Source: Longimicrobiales bacterium (GTDB lineage: Bacteria > Gemmatimonadota > Gemmatimonadetes > Longimicrobiales > Gaopeijiaceae). Taken from it: a stretch of 64,000 bases of DNA. Shown here in pieces: positions 8,532-18,455 of this stretch; within the stretch, counting starts at the first letter, position 1, and each line of letters opens with the position of its first letter. The DNA is taken from positions 1,984,001 through 2,048,000 of the forward strand of contig OZ250165.1 in the NCBI GenBank assembly GCA_965238005.1. The letters run 5' to 3'. Made by a program: the position numbers and the translations under genes. The notes beneath the pieces are model-generated. The model had not been told where the DNA came from. It did no database searches and was given only the letters and a program-made list of their open reading frames with translations.

Positions 8532-10463
8532 CTACCTCCCCGCAGCGTCCGCCCCCCCCTGGGACACCACTTCCCGGCCGTCGCCCTTCCGAAGCGTCAG
8601 CCCCGTCCGGTCGAAGTAGCTCAGGATGGGAATCAGATGTTTCCGCGTAACCGGGAGCACATCCCGGAAGTCTGCTGGCCCCAACCCTTTAGCACCTGCC
8701 ATTTCACTTTTTAACTTACGACCTGCCTCAGCGATCGCCCGTGCATCCGCAAAGATGTCGTCGTCCAGATTCACCAGGTGCCCCTCACGCTCCAGCAGCT
8801 TGAGCACAGGCCATAGGTCGCGGTTGTTCCTCGACGCATCCGGAAGCTCGTCCACCGTCGGCGGCGCCAGTCCCTCCTGCCGATACAGCTCCAGGAGCTC
8901 CTCTCGCAAGGCGACCTGTTGGGGGGTGAGCGACGGCTCATACCCCGGCCGGGAAACCAGGCCCTCCTGCACGCGGATCCGGCCCGAGGCGGCGGCCTCG
9001 TCCAGGAGAAGCTCGGCCAGACGGGCCTCGTCTCCCGTGGGCAGCGTCTGCCGAAGGAGCTCGACTGCGATGCCGGGTCTGAGGGGCTCTTCCCGATGAA
9101 AGGCGTCCACGGCCTCTTCCAGAAGCGTCCTCGCGGCTTCCACCGTGACGGAACCGTAGATCTCGCCGGCCGCCTCCCGGGCTCCGGATTCCAGCACGGT
9201 GGCCTTGGCCGATCCTACCGTGTCCGGTGCCAGTCCGGTGTGGATGGGGACCTCCTGCGCTGCCACCCCCCTCCAGGCAGCGAGGGCGAGGCGCGCGCCC
9301 AGCGACTCGGCGGCGTCCCCGTGGATGATCGTCCGGAGGGCGTCTCCCTCCCCGGCTCGAAGCTTCTTCCGCTTCGGTGCCACCGCCTCGGCGACGATCC
9401 CACCACCGATGGTCGTCACGGGCGAATATGACCGGATCACGAGGCGGTCGCGGGTGCGTGCCAGGAGCGGGTTCTCGAGCCTCAGCTGCACCCAGCCGGA
9501 CTCGCCGGGGGGCACCTCCCCACCCTCCAGCGTGACAACCCGGGCCATGACCTCGCTGGTGCCGAGGTGGACCCGCACGCGCTGTCCATGCTTGACCGTC
9601 CATCCGGCTTCGGGAAGGACGGCGAGAGCCACCGTGAGCATCGAGGTCGGAGACCAACCGGCCTCCAACACGAGCACCTGGCCTCGCTTCACCGTTTCGA
9701 GGTCGATGGCCGCCCCGGTGATTGCGACGGCGGTGCGCTCGCCCGCCTCAGCCCGCTCCACCGGAGCTCCGTGCACCTGCAGACCCCGAATCCGCCCGCC
9801 AATGCCCGAGGGCTGGAGGATGACGCTGTCACCCATGGACAGGCTGCCACTCCACAGCGTCCCCGTCACCACTGTACCGGTGCCTCTCACCGTGAAGGCC
9901 CGGTCGATGGGGAGGCGGGCGATGTCCTCGCTCGAGCGCTCCCCCACCCGCTGGGCCACACCGGCCAATACCTCCACAAGCTCGTCCATGCCCTCTCCGG
10001 TCACCGTGGACGTTCTCACCACGGGAGCGCCGGCGAAGGGGGTCTCGGCCAATGCCTCGGAAACCTCTTCCTCCACGAGGGCGAGCCACTCGTCCTCCAC
10101 GAGATCGGACTTGGTGAGCGCCACCACCATCTGATCGACGCCCAGCAGCCGAACGATGTCGAGATGCTCTCCTGTCTGTGGCATCATGCCCTCGTCGGCG
10201 GCCACGACCATGAGGACCAGATCCATCCCGGTGGCGCCGGCCAGCATATTACGGATGAACCCCTCGTGTCCCGGGACGTCCACGATGCCGAGGTGGAGTC
10301 CTTCCTTCGGTACGAGCTCGGCGAATCCCAGGTCTATGGTGATGCCCCGCGCCTTCTCTTCTTGGAGCCTGTCCGTATCCACGCCTGTAAGGGCCTTCAC
10401 GAGCGCCGTCTTGCCGTGATCGATGTGGCCGGCCGTACCGAGAATGAGCCTCTTCTCCGTCAT
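8532..10463 (-). CDS. selB: Selenocysteine-specific elongation factor
   Basis: GTAGHIDHGKT, RGITIDLGF, DVPGHE; winged-helix C-terminus TRKHLIPILSYFD...T.R.GD.R. Confidence 0.95.
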   Translation of the reverse strand: MTEKRLILGTAGHIDHGKTALVKALTGVDTDRLQEEKARGITIDLGFAELVPKEGLHLGIVDVPGHEGFIRNMLAGATGMDLVLMVVAADEGMMPQTGEHLDIVRLLGVDQMVVALTKSDLVEDEWLALVEEEVSEALAETPFAGAPVVRTSTVTGEGMDELVEVLAGVAQRVGERSSEDIARLPIDRAFTVRGTGTVVTGTLWSGSLSMGDSVILQPSGIGGRIRGLQVHGAPVERAEAGERTAVAITGAAIDLETVKRGQVLVLEAGWSPTSMLTVALAVLPEAGWTVKHGQRVRVHLGTSEVMARVVTLEGGEVPPGESGWVQLRLENPLLARTRDRLVIRSYSPVTTIGGGIVAEAVAPKRKKLRAGEGDALRTIIHGDAAESLGARLALAAWRGVAAQEVPIHTGLAPDTVGSAKATVLESGAREAAGEIYGSVTVEAARTLLEEAVDAFHREEPLRPGIAVELLRQTLPTGDEARLAELLLDEAAASGRIRVQEGLVSRPGYEPSLTPQQVALREELLELYRQEGLAPPTVDELPDASRNNRDLWPVLKLLEREGHLVNLDDDIFADARAIAEAGRKLKSEMAGAKGLGPADFRDVLPVTRKHLIPILSYFDRTGLTLRKGDGREVVSQGGADAAGR

Positions 10464-11236
10464 GGCTGGTTCCCGGTGGGCATGTCCAACTCGAGACGGG
10501 CTACCGATGACAGGAACCGGAAGGATTGGAGGGCCTTGGAGCCCGAGACGTGATACACCGTGAAGTCGTGGAGAAGCTGGAGATGGGCCTTCGGCTTCGT
10601 GATGGGCCCGTCGGTGGGACCCTGGAGCAGCGCCTCGAGCTGCTCCCGGGCCCCCGAACCGACCAACGGCCCGGCGATCTCCACCGCGCAGCTAGGGCAG
10701 CGCACTCCCCCGGCCCCGAAGTCGAATCGCCCCAGGTCGGTGTCCGTCAGAGGATTGCCGCAGTGGACGCACGGATCCAGTTGGGGTTGATAACCCAGCG
10801 CCGAGACCAGCATCCATCCTTCGTTCAACAGGGCAGCCACGACGTCGTCTCGCTCCACATCCTCGATGCGCTTCAGCCCTACAGTCAGACGCTCGAAGAC
10901 CTCCGGACTCGCCTCCGATCCTGCGTGGATCAGCACCAGCTCCGCCAGAACCGAAGCCGCAGCGAAGCGCACGACGTCCCGTCCGAGGCCCCGCCCGCTC
11001 TCCCGCAGGGCGAACTCCTTGAAGGTTTGGAGGTCCCGCGTCGGTCTCACGTACAGGGTCAGATCGCCTCGGGAGAAGGTCTCGAGGCCGATCCCCCCCT
11101 GGGCACCTCCCCTCCGGACCCCCTTCGCCATGACCCCCACGAGCCCGAGATCCAGAGTGTACAGCCGGAGAATGCGGCTCGTCTCGCTGTAGTTGAACGA
11201 GCGGAGAAGGACGGCGGGCGTGGTCACGACGGACAC
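10460..11236 (-). CDS. recO: DNA repair protein RecO
   Basis: AVLLRSFNYSETSRIL, AKGVR, CVHCG...CPSC zinc finger; GTG start at 11236. Confidence 0.92.
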   Translation of the reverse strand: MSVVTTPAVLLRSFNYSETSRILRLYTLDLGLVGVMAKGVRRGGAQGGIGLETFSRGDLTLYVRPTRDLQTFKEFALRESGRGLGRDVVRFAAASVLAELVLIHAGSEASPEVFERLTVGLKRIEDVERDDVVAALLNEGWMLVSALGYQPQLDPCVHCGNPLTDTDLGRFDFGAGGVRCPSCAVEIAGPLVGSGAREQLEALLQGPTDGPITKPKAHLQLLHDFTVYHVSGSKALQSFRFLSSVARLELDMPTGNQP

Positions 11237-11237
11237 G

Positions 11238-11423
11238 CTAGTGTTTCGTTGCCGAAGTTCGCGAGCCACCAAGAGGGTCGGGGCGCCGTGGGATCAAGGC
11301 GGCACGACGCTGCGTAGCGCAAGCGGGCACCGCGCGAAGCGTGGTCGTAAGGAGTCCCAACGCCGAGCCCGCGGATGCACCGTGCCCTCGACTGGCCGAG
11401 ACACTTCGGAAACGGGACACTAG
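11238..11423 (+). mobile_element. MITE family A, full copy 1 (IS630-type ends, CTAG at both sides)
   Basis: CTAGTGTTTCGTTGCCGAAGT...ACTTCGGAAACGGGACACTAG imperfect inverted repeats; 7 mismatches in 186 nt to the inverted copy at 36745-36930. Confidence 0.85.
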
Positions 11424-11426
11424 ACC

Positions 11427-12629
11427 TCAGCTCCGGGCCCGAAGCCGGGCCATGAGCGCCGTCCGCTCCTCCGACATCCCCCGGCGCACTTCGGGGTCGG
11501 TCGCGGCGTCCAACGACTCGTCGAGGCGCGCCACCTGGAGGATCAACCCTTCCCGTCCGACGCCGGCCGCCGGCGCGGCCCCAGGAGCGGTTGCGGCTCC
11601 AGAAGCCGAGGCGGCCGAAGAAGCCGTGACCTGCCCCCGCGGCCGCAGATAGGCGAGTAAGCCGGCCCCGCCCAGCAGAGCCGCCAGGATGGCGGCGAAG
11701 ATCCCCATGGAGGGCAGCCGTCTCCCCGACGACTCTTCCAGGGAGATCACCGCGTCACGGAGGCTGGTTCCGGAGTATCGTCGGTACGAGCTCTCGCCGT
11801 CCAACGAGACGACGTCGAGGGGCCGCAGGCCTGCCACGTCGAGCGAGGGGGCCGGCTCCTTCACCAGGAGCTCCAGCGTCTCGGTCGCCCCCGGGGCGGG
11901 AAACTCTGCCTCGATCTCGGGGAGCTCGTAGCGAATGAGGAGCATGCGCTCTCCCGGCGGCAGCGGAGCCCGCACCGAGACCCGGCCGCCCTCGAACGTC
12001 ACCGCGTCCGGCGGGAGGTCTCCCTGACCGAGCTGTGCCGAAGTAGCGCCGGGCGGGAGGGGATAGCTCCAGACCACGCCGCCCTCGACCGCCACCAGGG
12101 TGCGCTCGCCCCCGTTCAGGATCTGGAAGAGGTCCGTGGCCCGCCATCCCTCGCCCCATCGCTCTAGAAAGAGGTTACGGACGCTCAACGGGAGAGGAAG
12201 ACCCTCAGGCGGCGCCTCCTTGGAGCCGAAGACGTTGATCACGTAGAGGCTGTCGAGCTGCTCGGGATCGGAGACGGCCGACCCGAAGTAGAGGACGCCT
12301 TCGTAGCGGACCGACGCGAACAGGATCTCCGCCTGCGTGCTAGCGCTGGGCGGCTGGGGGATCACGAACTCGAAGCCCCCGTCTTGCGCGATGCTCACCG
12401 AGTCGACCTCCCCCGCGACCTCGGGTGACACACGATGCAGCACCACCATCCCCGAACCGACTCCGGCGCCCCCCAACATCACCCTGCCCTGGAGTCGCAG
12501 ATCGTCCTGTTGTCCCATCGCCACGGACGCTCCCAGGGAGAGCCCGGAACAGGTGATCGTCAGGACGAGATGGAGAGTGCGAATGGGAGACGAACTCTGG
12601 ATGTTGCCTCGGGAACTGCGGATCGTCAG
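11427..12629 (-). CDS. Exported, membrane-anchored hypothetical protein; probable CTG start
   Basis: Frame open to a CTG overlapping the upstream TGA, restoring a signal peptide; C-terminal TM helix and short helical tail. Confidence 0.7.
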   Translation of the reverse strand: MTIRSSRGNIQSSSPIRTLHLVLTITCSGLSLGASVAMGQQDDLRLQGRVMLGGAGVGSGMVVLHRVSPEVAGEVDSVSIAQDGGFEFVIPQPPSASTQAEILFASVRYEGVLYFGSAVSDPEQLDSLYVINVFGSKEAPPEGLPLPLSVRNLFLERWGEGWRATDLFQILNGGERTLVAVEGGVVWSYPLPPGATSAQLGQGDLPPDAVTFEGGRVSVRAPLPPGERMLLIRYELPEIEAEFPAPGATETLELLVKEPAPSLDVAGLRPLDVVSLDGESSYRRYSGTSLRDAVISLEESSGRRLPSMGIFAAILAALLGGAGLLAYLRPRGQVTASSAASASGAATAPGAAPAAGVGREGLILQVARLDESLDAATDPEVRRGMSEERTALMARLRARS

Positions 12630-13159
12630 GGGGTGAAGCGGCCAAAGTCCTCCGGGGCCAGCTTGCGCAGGTACTCCTTGAGCTCCTCTGCCGCCAACTC
12701 CCGGTCCGGCTCCAGCCCGGGATCTGTCGCATCGAGCTCTATGACCGAATGATCCTCGGAGACCTCGATGGACGTCCGCTCGAGGAGCTCTTCGTGTGCG
12801 AAGATCTGGGCCTCCATACGGAGGGCCACTGCGATGGAGTCGGACGGGCGCGCATCGATGGAGATGACCTCGCCGTTCCGTCGGATGATCATCTCGGCGA
12901 AGTACGTGTTCTCCTCGACACGACTGATGATGACCTTCTGGAGGGCGCCGCCCAGGCCACCGAGCACGGACACAAGGAGGTCGTGGGTCAGCGGACGGGA
13001 GAACTTCATCTGGGCGAGCTCCATGGCGATGGCGCTCGCCTCACCCGGCCCGATCCAGATCGGGAGCACCCGCTCGCCGTCGCTCTCCTGAAGGATCACG
13101 ACCGGTGCGCTGGACGCACGGTCCAACCCGAGACTCTGTACGCAGACCTGAACCAGCAC
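12626..13159 (-). CDS. Bifunctional nuclease family protein (DUF151)
   Basis: LPIWIG..EA.AIA, RPLTHDL, DARPSDSIAVALR. Confidence 0.92.
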   Translation of the reverse strand: MLVQVCVQSLGLDRASSAPVVILQESDGERVLPIWIGPGEASAIAMELAQMKFSRPLTHDLLVSVLGGLGGALQKVIISRVEENTYFAEMIIRRNGEVISIDARPSDSIAVALRMEAQIFAHEELLERTSIEVSEDHSVIELDATDPGLEPDRELAAEELKEYLRKLAPEDFGRFTP

Positions 13160-13264
13160 TGGCGCTCGCCTTGGTCGAGGACTCGGAAACCCATCCGCTT
13201 GCATGTAGGAATACTCCGAAGCCTCTCAGGGGTTCTCTTCCGGGTCCTCGGCTACATTGCGGGC

Positions 13265-14443
13265 TCAGAGACCGACCGCCGTTCGGATGTCTCCGACCCG
13301 GTCCGACCTCTCCCACGTGAAGAGTTCGACCGTCCGGCCGTCCTCGAGGATCTTGCTCTCCGGAGTGCGGCCGAAGTGCCCGTAGGCCGCCGTCGGAAGG
13401 AAGATGGGATCGCGGAGACCCAGCTGCTCGATGATGGCCTGCGGCCGAAAGTCGAAGACCTCATTGAGGGCCGAGGCCACCTGATCGTCCGGACACTTGC
13501 CCGTACCGAAGGTGTCGACCTGGATTGAGACAGGCTGGGCGACACCGATGGCGTACGCCAGCTGAATCTCACAACGAGACGCGACCCCGGCGTCCACGAG
13601 ATTCCGGGCCGCCCAGCGAGCCGCATACGCCGCAGAGCGGTCGACCTTGGTGGCGTCCTTCCCGCTGAACGCCCCACCGCCGTGCGCTCCCATCCCTCCG
13701 TACGTGTCGACGATGATCTTGCGTCCCGTGAGACCTGCATCGCCGTGGGGACCGCCAATGACGAACTGCCCGGTAGGGTTGATGTGGAAGGTGCACGTAT
13801 CGGGATCCAGGAGGTCGGACGGGATCACCGGCAAGATCACCTCGCGGATGATCCCCTCTCGAATCGTGTCGTTGTCTACGTCGGGCGCATGTTGCGTGCT
13901 CACCACTACCGTCTCGACGGACACCGGACGGCTATCCTCGTAGGCCACGCTCACCTGGCACTTTCCGTCGGGGCGCACCCACGGCAACGTGCCGCAGCGT
14001 CGGACTTCCGCCAGCCGATGGGTCAGGGCATGGGCAAATCGGATTGGCGCCGGCATGCGCTCCGGGGTCTCGTCCGTGGCATACCCGAACATCATCCCCT
14101 GGTCCCCAGCCCCACCCGTGTCCACGCCCATGGCGATGTGCGGAGACTGGCGATCGATGGTGGTGAGGACCGCGCAGTGGCGTCCGTCGATGCCGTAGCT
14201 GGAGTCGTCGTATCCGATGTCGACGATGGTCTGCCGAATCACGTCGGGGAGATCGACGATGGAGGTGGTCGTGATCTCACCGGCGACGATGGCCATGCCG
14301 GTGGTCACGAGAGTTTCACACGCCACCCGCGACATGGGATCGTCACGAAGCATGGTGTCCAGAACGGCGTCTGATATCTGGTCTGCAATCTTGTCCGGAT
14401 GTCCTTCGGTCACTGACTCGGACGTAAAGAGAAAACGGCTCAC
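13265..14443 (-). CDS. metK: S-adenosylmethionine synthetase
   Basis: [28 protein letters not shown]. Confidence 0.98.
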   Translation of the reverse strand: MSRFLFTSESVTEGHPDKIADQISDAVLDTMLRDDPMSRVACETLVTTGMAIVAGEITTTSIVDLPDVIRQTIVDIGYDDSSYGIDGRHCAVLTTIDRQSPHIAMGVDTGGAGDQGMMFGYATDETPERMPAPIRFAHALTHRLAEVRRCGTLPWVRPDGKCQVSVAYEDSRPVSVETVVVSTQHAPDVDNDTIREGIIREVILPVIPSDLLDPDTCTFHINPTGQFVIGGPHGDAGLTGRKIIVDTYGGMGAHGGGAFSGKDATKVDRSAAYAARWAARNLVDAGVASRCEIQLAYAIGVAQPVSIQVDTFGTGKCPDDQVASALNEVFDFRPQAIIEQLGLRDPIFLPTAAYGHFGRTPESKILEDGRTVELFTWERSDRVGDIRTAVGL

Positions 14444-14515
14444 TGGCGCCCCTGAATTTCGTTGTCCACCGGAACGGAGGGATGGCCTGCCTTTGGGCCC
14501 GCCGAAGCTATTCCT

Positions 14516-16291
14516 TCACTCCGGAAGCGACAAGTTCCACCGCCCTGAGAACGCTGCGAGATCGACGGAGCCGCCGATCCCCTCGACGAGACACTCCACC
14601 ACCTCCCGGCTCGTGGGAGCGTTCACCGCCTGCTTCATAGCTTTGCGCGCGTCCTCGATGCGGAAGCTGCGAAGCATCTTCTTGACCTCGGGCAGCGACG
14701 GCCACGCCACGGAGAGCGTGGTGATGTCCAACCCCAGGAGGAGAAAAGCCCCCAGGGGATTGGCGGCCATCTCACCGCACACGCTCACCTCGATCCCCGC
14801 ACTCTTCCCCACCCGGGACACCTGGGCCAGCTGTCTCACGACGGCCGGGTGGAAGGGATTGAAGAGCTTGGCCAACCGTGCGCTGTTCCGGTCCACGGCG
14901 AGCGTGTACTGCGTGAGGTCGTTGGTTCCGATAGAGAAGAAGTCGCTGTGTCTGGCCAGCTCCACGGCCTCCAACGCCGCGGCCGGGGTCTCCACCAGGA
15001 TTCCGAGCTTATAGCCCGAGTTGAACGGGATGCCCTGTCGGCGCAGACGGTCCTCCTCCTCCTCGACCAGACTACGCACCTGACGAATCTCGTCCACGTC
15101 GTTCACGAGAGGAATCATGATCCGGATGTCGCCGTGAGCGGAGGCGCGCAGGATGGCCCGGAGCTGGGTCCGGAAGAGCTCGGGCTCGTCGAGGCAAACT
15201 CGAATGGCTCGCCATCCAAGGAACGGGTTCTCCTCGGCCGGCATGTGCAGGAACATGGGGAACTTGTCCCCACCGAGGTCGAAGGTCCGGACCGTGACCA
15301 CCTGCTTGGGAAACGTCTCCGCGACCCGGCGATATGCCTCGTATTGGTCGTCTTCGTCGGGCATCTGGTCGCGTCCCACCACCAGGAACTCGGTCCGGAA
15401 TAGGCCGACCCCCTGTGCGCCGTGGTCCCTTGCCCGCTCGGCCTCACCGGGCAGATCGAGGTTCGCCCGCAGAGCGACCGGCTGTTCGTCGGCGGTCACC
15501 GACTCGAGCTGGGCGATGACCTCGATCTCCGTCTCCCACGCCTGGATCTGCGCCTGGCGGATCTTGAAGACTTCCCGGTCGTGGGAGTCCGGATCCAGGA
15601 CGACCCGCCCGATGCGCCCGTCCACGATGGCCTCCTGCCCGGCATCGGCCTGACGCGACACGACGCCCAGCCCGCAGACCGTTGGAATTCCCAGCGATCG
15701 GGCGAGCATGACCCAGTGGGCGGTTCGCGTGCCCAGATCGGCGGCGATCCCCAGAACGAGGTCGGGGTCCATCTGGACCGTGAGGCTCGGAGACAGATTC
15801 CGGGCAACGACGATGGCGCCCTCTAGGCCGGACACGTCCGCGGGATCCGATAGGCCCAGGAGCTCGTGCAACAGCCGGACCTGCAAGTCCTGGAGGTCGT
15901 TGATGCGGTCCAGGACCATGGGATGGGCGGTTCGGCTCCACATCGCCTGGAGCTCGAGCATCCGCCAGTCGAGGGCCCTCGCCGCCGAAAGGCGGTTTTC
16001 ACGGATGTACAGCGCCGCCCCCTCGATGAGCGTGTCGTCCTCCAGCATGAGGAGCTGGGGCTCGAAGATCCGCGCCTCCACGCTCCCCAGACGCCCTTCC
16101 GTCGACTCCTCCAGCTCGCGGAGCCTTCCCTTGGCCCACTCGACCACCGCGTGGAGCTTGTCGACCTCACCCTCGACGGCATCGGGCTCCACGGACCGGT
16201 GGGGGACGTCCGGCACCCCCCACGTAAGGATGTGGACACGGCCCGCCCCGATCCCTTCCGAGGCACCTATGCCGTCAAAGACCTTCGACAC
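14516..16291 (-). CDS. ptsI: PEP-protein phosphotransferase (PTS enzyme I)
   Basis: TAH...ARSLGIP, GLFRTEF, EENPFLGWRAIR, FSIGTNDLTQY, VCGEMA. Confidence 0.95.
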   Translation of the reverse strand: MSKVFDGIGASEGIGAGRVHILTWGVPDVPHRSVEPDAVEGEVDKLHAVVEWAKGRLRELEESTEGRLGSVEARIFEPQLLMLEDDTLIEGAALYIRENRLSAARALDWRMLELQAMWSRTAHPMVLDRINDLQDLQVRLLHELLGLSDPADVSGLEGAIVVARNLSPSLTVQMDPDLVLGIAADLGTRTAHWVMLARSLGIPTVCGLGVVSRQADAGQEAIVDGRIGRVVLDPDSHDREVFKIRQAQIQAWETEIEVIAQLESVTADEQPVALRANLDLPGEAERARDHGAQGVGLFRTEFLVVGRDQMPDEDDQYEAYRRVAETFPKQVVTVRTFDLGGDKFPMFLHMPAEENPFLGWRAIRVCLDEPELFRTQLRAILRASAHGDIRIMIPLVNDVDEIRQVRSLVEEEEDRLRRQGIPFNSGYKLGILVETPAAALEAVELARHSDFFSIGTNDLTQYTLAVDRNSARLAKLFNPFHPAVVRQLAQVSRVGKSAGIEVSVCGEMAANPLGAFLLLGLDITTLSVAWPSLPEVKKMLRSFRIEDARKAMKQAVNAPTSREVVECLVEGIGGSVDLAAFSGRWNLSLPE

Positions 16292-16571
16292 CGTACATCT
16301 CCTCGAAGCCTCGGGAAATCAAATCAGCCAGGGCCTCCAACGCCTCCTCCGCGTCGTTGCCATCTGCTCGAATCACCAGTTGCGACCCCCTCTCGGCGGC
16401 CAACATGAGAACGCCCATGATGCTCTTGGCGTTTACCTCGAGGCCGTCCTTCTCCAGCCAGATGTCACACCCGAAGGACCCCGCCAGTTGCACGAACTCG
16501 GCAGCCGGACGCGCGTGGAACCCCAGGAGGTTCACGACCTGGACCGTGCGCTCGAGTCGCCGGTCGGTCAT
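16275..16571 (-). CDS. ptsH: Phosphocarrier protein HPr
   Basis: GFHARPAA (His15) and NAKSIMGV (Ser46). Confidence 0.95.
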   Translation of the reverse strand: MTDRRLERTVQVVNLLGFHARPAAEFVQLAGSFGCDIWLEKDGLEVNAKSIMGVLMLAAERGSQLVIRADGNDAEEALEALADLISRGFEEMYGVEGL

Positions 16572-17317
16572 ACGGCCCCCATGGCTGTGACCATTGCGAT
16601 CGCCAGCACCAAGACAAGCATCGCGACTCGGAGCACTCTTCGACCGAACCGGACCCCGATCAGGAAGCCCGCTATGCCCCCGAGTGACCAGAGCCATCCC
16701 GTTCCTGCCATCGCCAACCGGCTCGCCAGCAGACCCCCGACCAGGATCCCCAGGAGCAGGCTACCGGCGCTGAAGATCCGCTCCGCGATCAGGGACAGAC
16801 CGGCCACCCTGAGTCGGGCGGCCACGTCTCGACCCTCCTCGAGTCCAATCTTGAATCCCCACCAGCGGATCGCCAGATGGCCCGCGTTGTAGAGTCCCAG
16901 GAAAAGAAGCACCGGAACCCACGGTGGTGCACCTGCCCAGGCAACCGCCAGGGCGAGCAGCAGCGTTGCCGGGCGCCACGCACCCCAGATCAAGGTATCA
17001 CCCAATCCCCCCAGCGACCCCTGGATGGCCTCCTTGAATCGGTGGATGGTCTGGGGATCCACCTTCTCCGACTCCATGCGCGCCACTGCCCCCAACGCGA
17101 TCCCGGACAGATAGGGGTGGGCGTTGAAGAACTTCAAGTGCCGACGGGTCGCGCCCGCCAGCTCCTCTCCGGTGAGCCCACATCGTCGCAGGAAAGGGAC
17201 GAGGGCGAAGGCGAACCCCGAGCCGATCATGGACCGGTAGTTCCACGAGCCCTGGATCGCGAAGGATCGCACAAAGCTCCCCATCCAGCCGGCCGGCCAC
17301 TTCGCGGTCGTGCTCAC
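16568..17317 (-). CDS. PTS mannose/fructose/sorbose EIID
   Basis: QGSWNY, FFNAHPY, LGGLGDTLIW; GTG overlaps the EIIC stop. Confidence 0.9.
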   Translation of the reverse strand: MSTTAKWPAGWMGSFVRSFAIQGSWNYRSMIGSGFAFALVPFLRRCGLTGEELAGATRRHLKFFNAHPYLSGIALGAVARMESEKVDPQTIHRFKEAIQGSLGGLGDTLIWGAWRPATLLLALAVAWAGAPPWVPVLLFLGLYNAGHLAIRWWGFKIGLEEGRDVAARLRVAGLSLIAERIFSAGSLLLGILVGGLLASRLAMAGTGWLWSLGGIAGFLIGVRFGRRVLRVAMLVLVLAIAMVTAMGAV

Positions 17318-17970
17318 GCGAGATAGGCCCCAACGATGCCGGCCACCACGCCCACCATGAACATCACGCGCCGGGACCGCCATCCTCCGAAGCCCTTCAG
17401 GAGCGCCCCGAGATGGATGGACGCGCCGACCAGAACGATTCCCACCGTCGGTCCGTACCCGAGAGTCCACCAGGAACCGAGAGCTCCAGCCAGCCAGGTC
17501 CCGGCCAAGGCGGCAATTGCCGTGACCGCAGCTCCACGGAAGAAGTCCAGCGCCATCACGGCCAGGTGTGCCGCATCGAGGTGGCCGGGCGTGGCGGCGC
17601 CGGCCTCGACTCGGCCGATCAACGCGGCACTCACGTGCCGCTGCACACCGATGGTCATCCCTCCAAGGTTCGACGTCACAAGGCCGACGACAGTGCCCAG
17701 GACGATGCCGGGAGCTCCCCCCGCCGACGCGGCGACCGCAACGGCCGCAACGGCCGCCGGGCCCGCTTCGGGCACCTGTGATCCTCCCGCGGGCATGCCG
17801 CCGATGTGGAAGAGCTCGAGAATCGCGCCCATCTCCAGGCCCAGTACGGGATCGCCGAGAAGCCAGCCCGTGAGGGCTCCCCCCACGAGGGGCCGGGATA
17901 CCATGAACTGACCCAGCGAGGTCGCGTCGAGGGCGAGCACACCCCCGAGGGCCGAGAGGAGCACCGTCAC
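17314..17970 (-). CDS. PTS mannose/fructose/sorbose EIIC
   Basis: GQFMVSRPLV...G..LGD...GL..GA.LEL; hydrophobic. Confidence 0.9.
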   Translation of the reverse strand: MTVLLSALGGVLALDATSLGQFMVSRPLVGGALTGWLLGDPVLGLEMGAILELFHIGGMPAGGSQVPEAGPAAVAAVAVAASAGGAPGIVLGTVVGLVTSNLGGMTIGVQRHVSAALIGRVEAGAATPGHLDAAHLAVMALDFFRGAAVTAIAALAGTWLAGALGSWWTLGYGPTVGIVLVGASIHLGALLKGFGGWRSRRVMFMVGVVAGIVGAYLA

Positions 17971-17974
17971 GACG

Positions 17975-18454
17975 TCAACCCAGCAAAGACGTCAAGTCGA
18001 CGGCCCGGCTGCTCGGCAGGTCGCGAGCGGACACCACAGCCCCCGCGTCTTCCAAGGCCTTCAGGTCCGCCTCGTCCTCGGAGCCGAGAAAGACGTAGGG
18101 CAACCGCTCGGTGCGGCCCGGCGCATGATGGACCCCTCCCACGTTCACTTCCCGTCCTCGGAGGGCTCCTCCAGCCGCCAGGCCCGTCATCGCCGAGACC
18201 GAGCGGGTCAAGACGACAGCATGCCGGGGGTCGGACTCGAGGTCCTCGAGACGAGCTGCGGCCTCGGCCACGGAGAGGAACTCGGCGGTGGCCGTTTCCG
18301 GGAGGCCCAGGCGATACAGATCCTGCTCCCACTCACTGGTGGCCAGCTCGTCGTCGACCACCATGTAGTGCTCCGGCCGCAGCTCGGGCCCCCACCCCAT
18401 GACCACCTGGCCATGGATGAGACGCTCGTCGATACGGTAGAGCACGACGGGCAT
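17975..18454 (-). CDS. PTS mannose/fructose/sorbose EIIB
   Basis: RIDERLIHGQV motif. Confidence 0.92.
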   Translation of the reverse strand: MPVVLYRIDERLIHGQVVMGWGPELRPEHYMVVDDELATSEWEQDLYRLGLPETATAEFLSVAEAAARLEDLESDPRHAVVLTRSVSAMTGLAAGGALRGREVNVGGVHHAPGRTERLPYVFLGSEDEADLKALEDAGAVVSARDLPSSRAVDLTSLLG

Positions 18455-18455
18455 G

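Noticed and set aside
11238..11420. 60-aa ORFs spanning MITE A copies (also 36745-36927)
   Set aside because: They arise from GTG in one end and TAG in the other; no RBS or protein-like pattern
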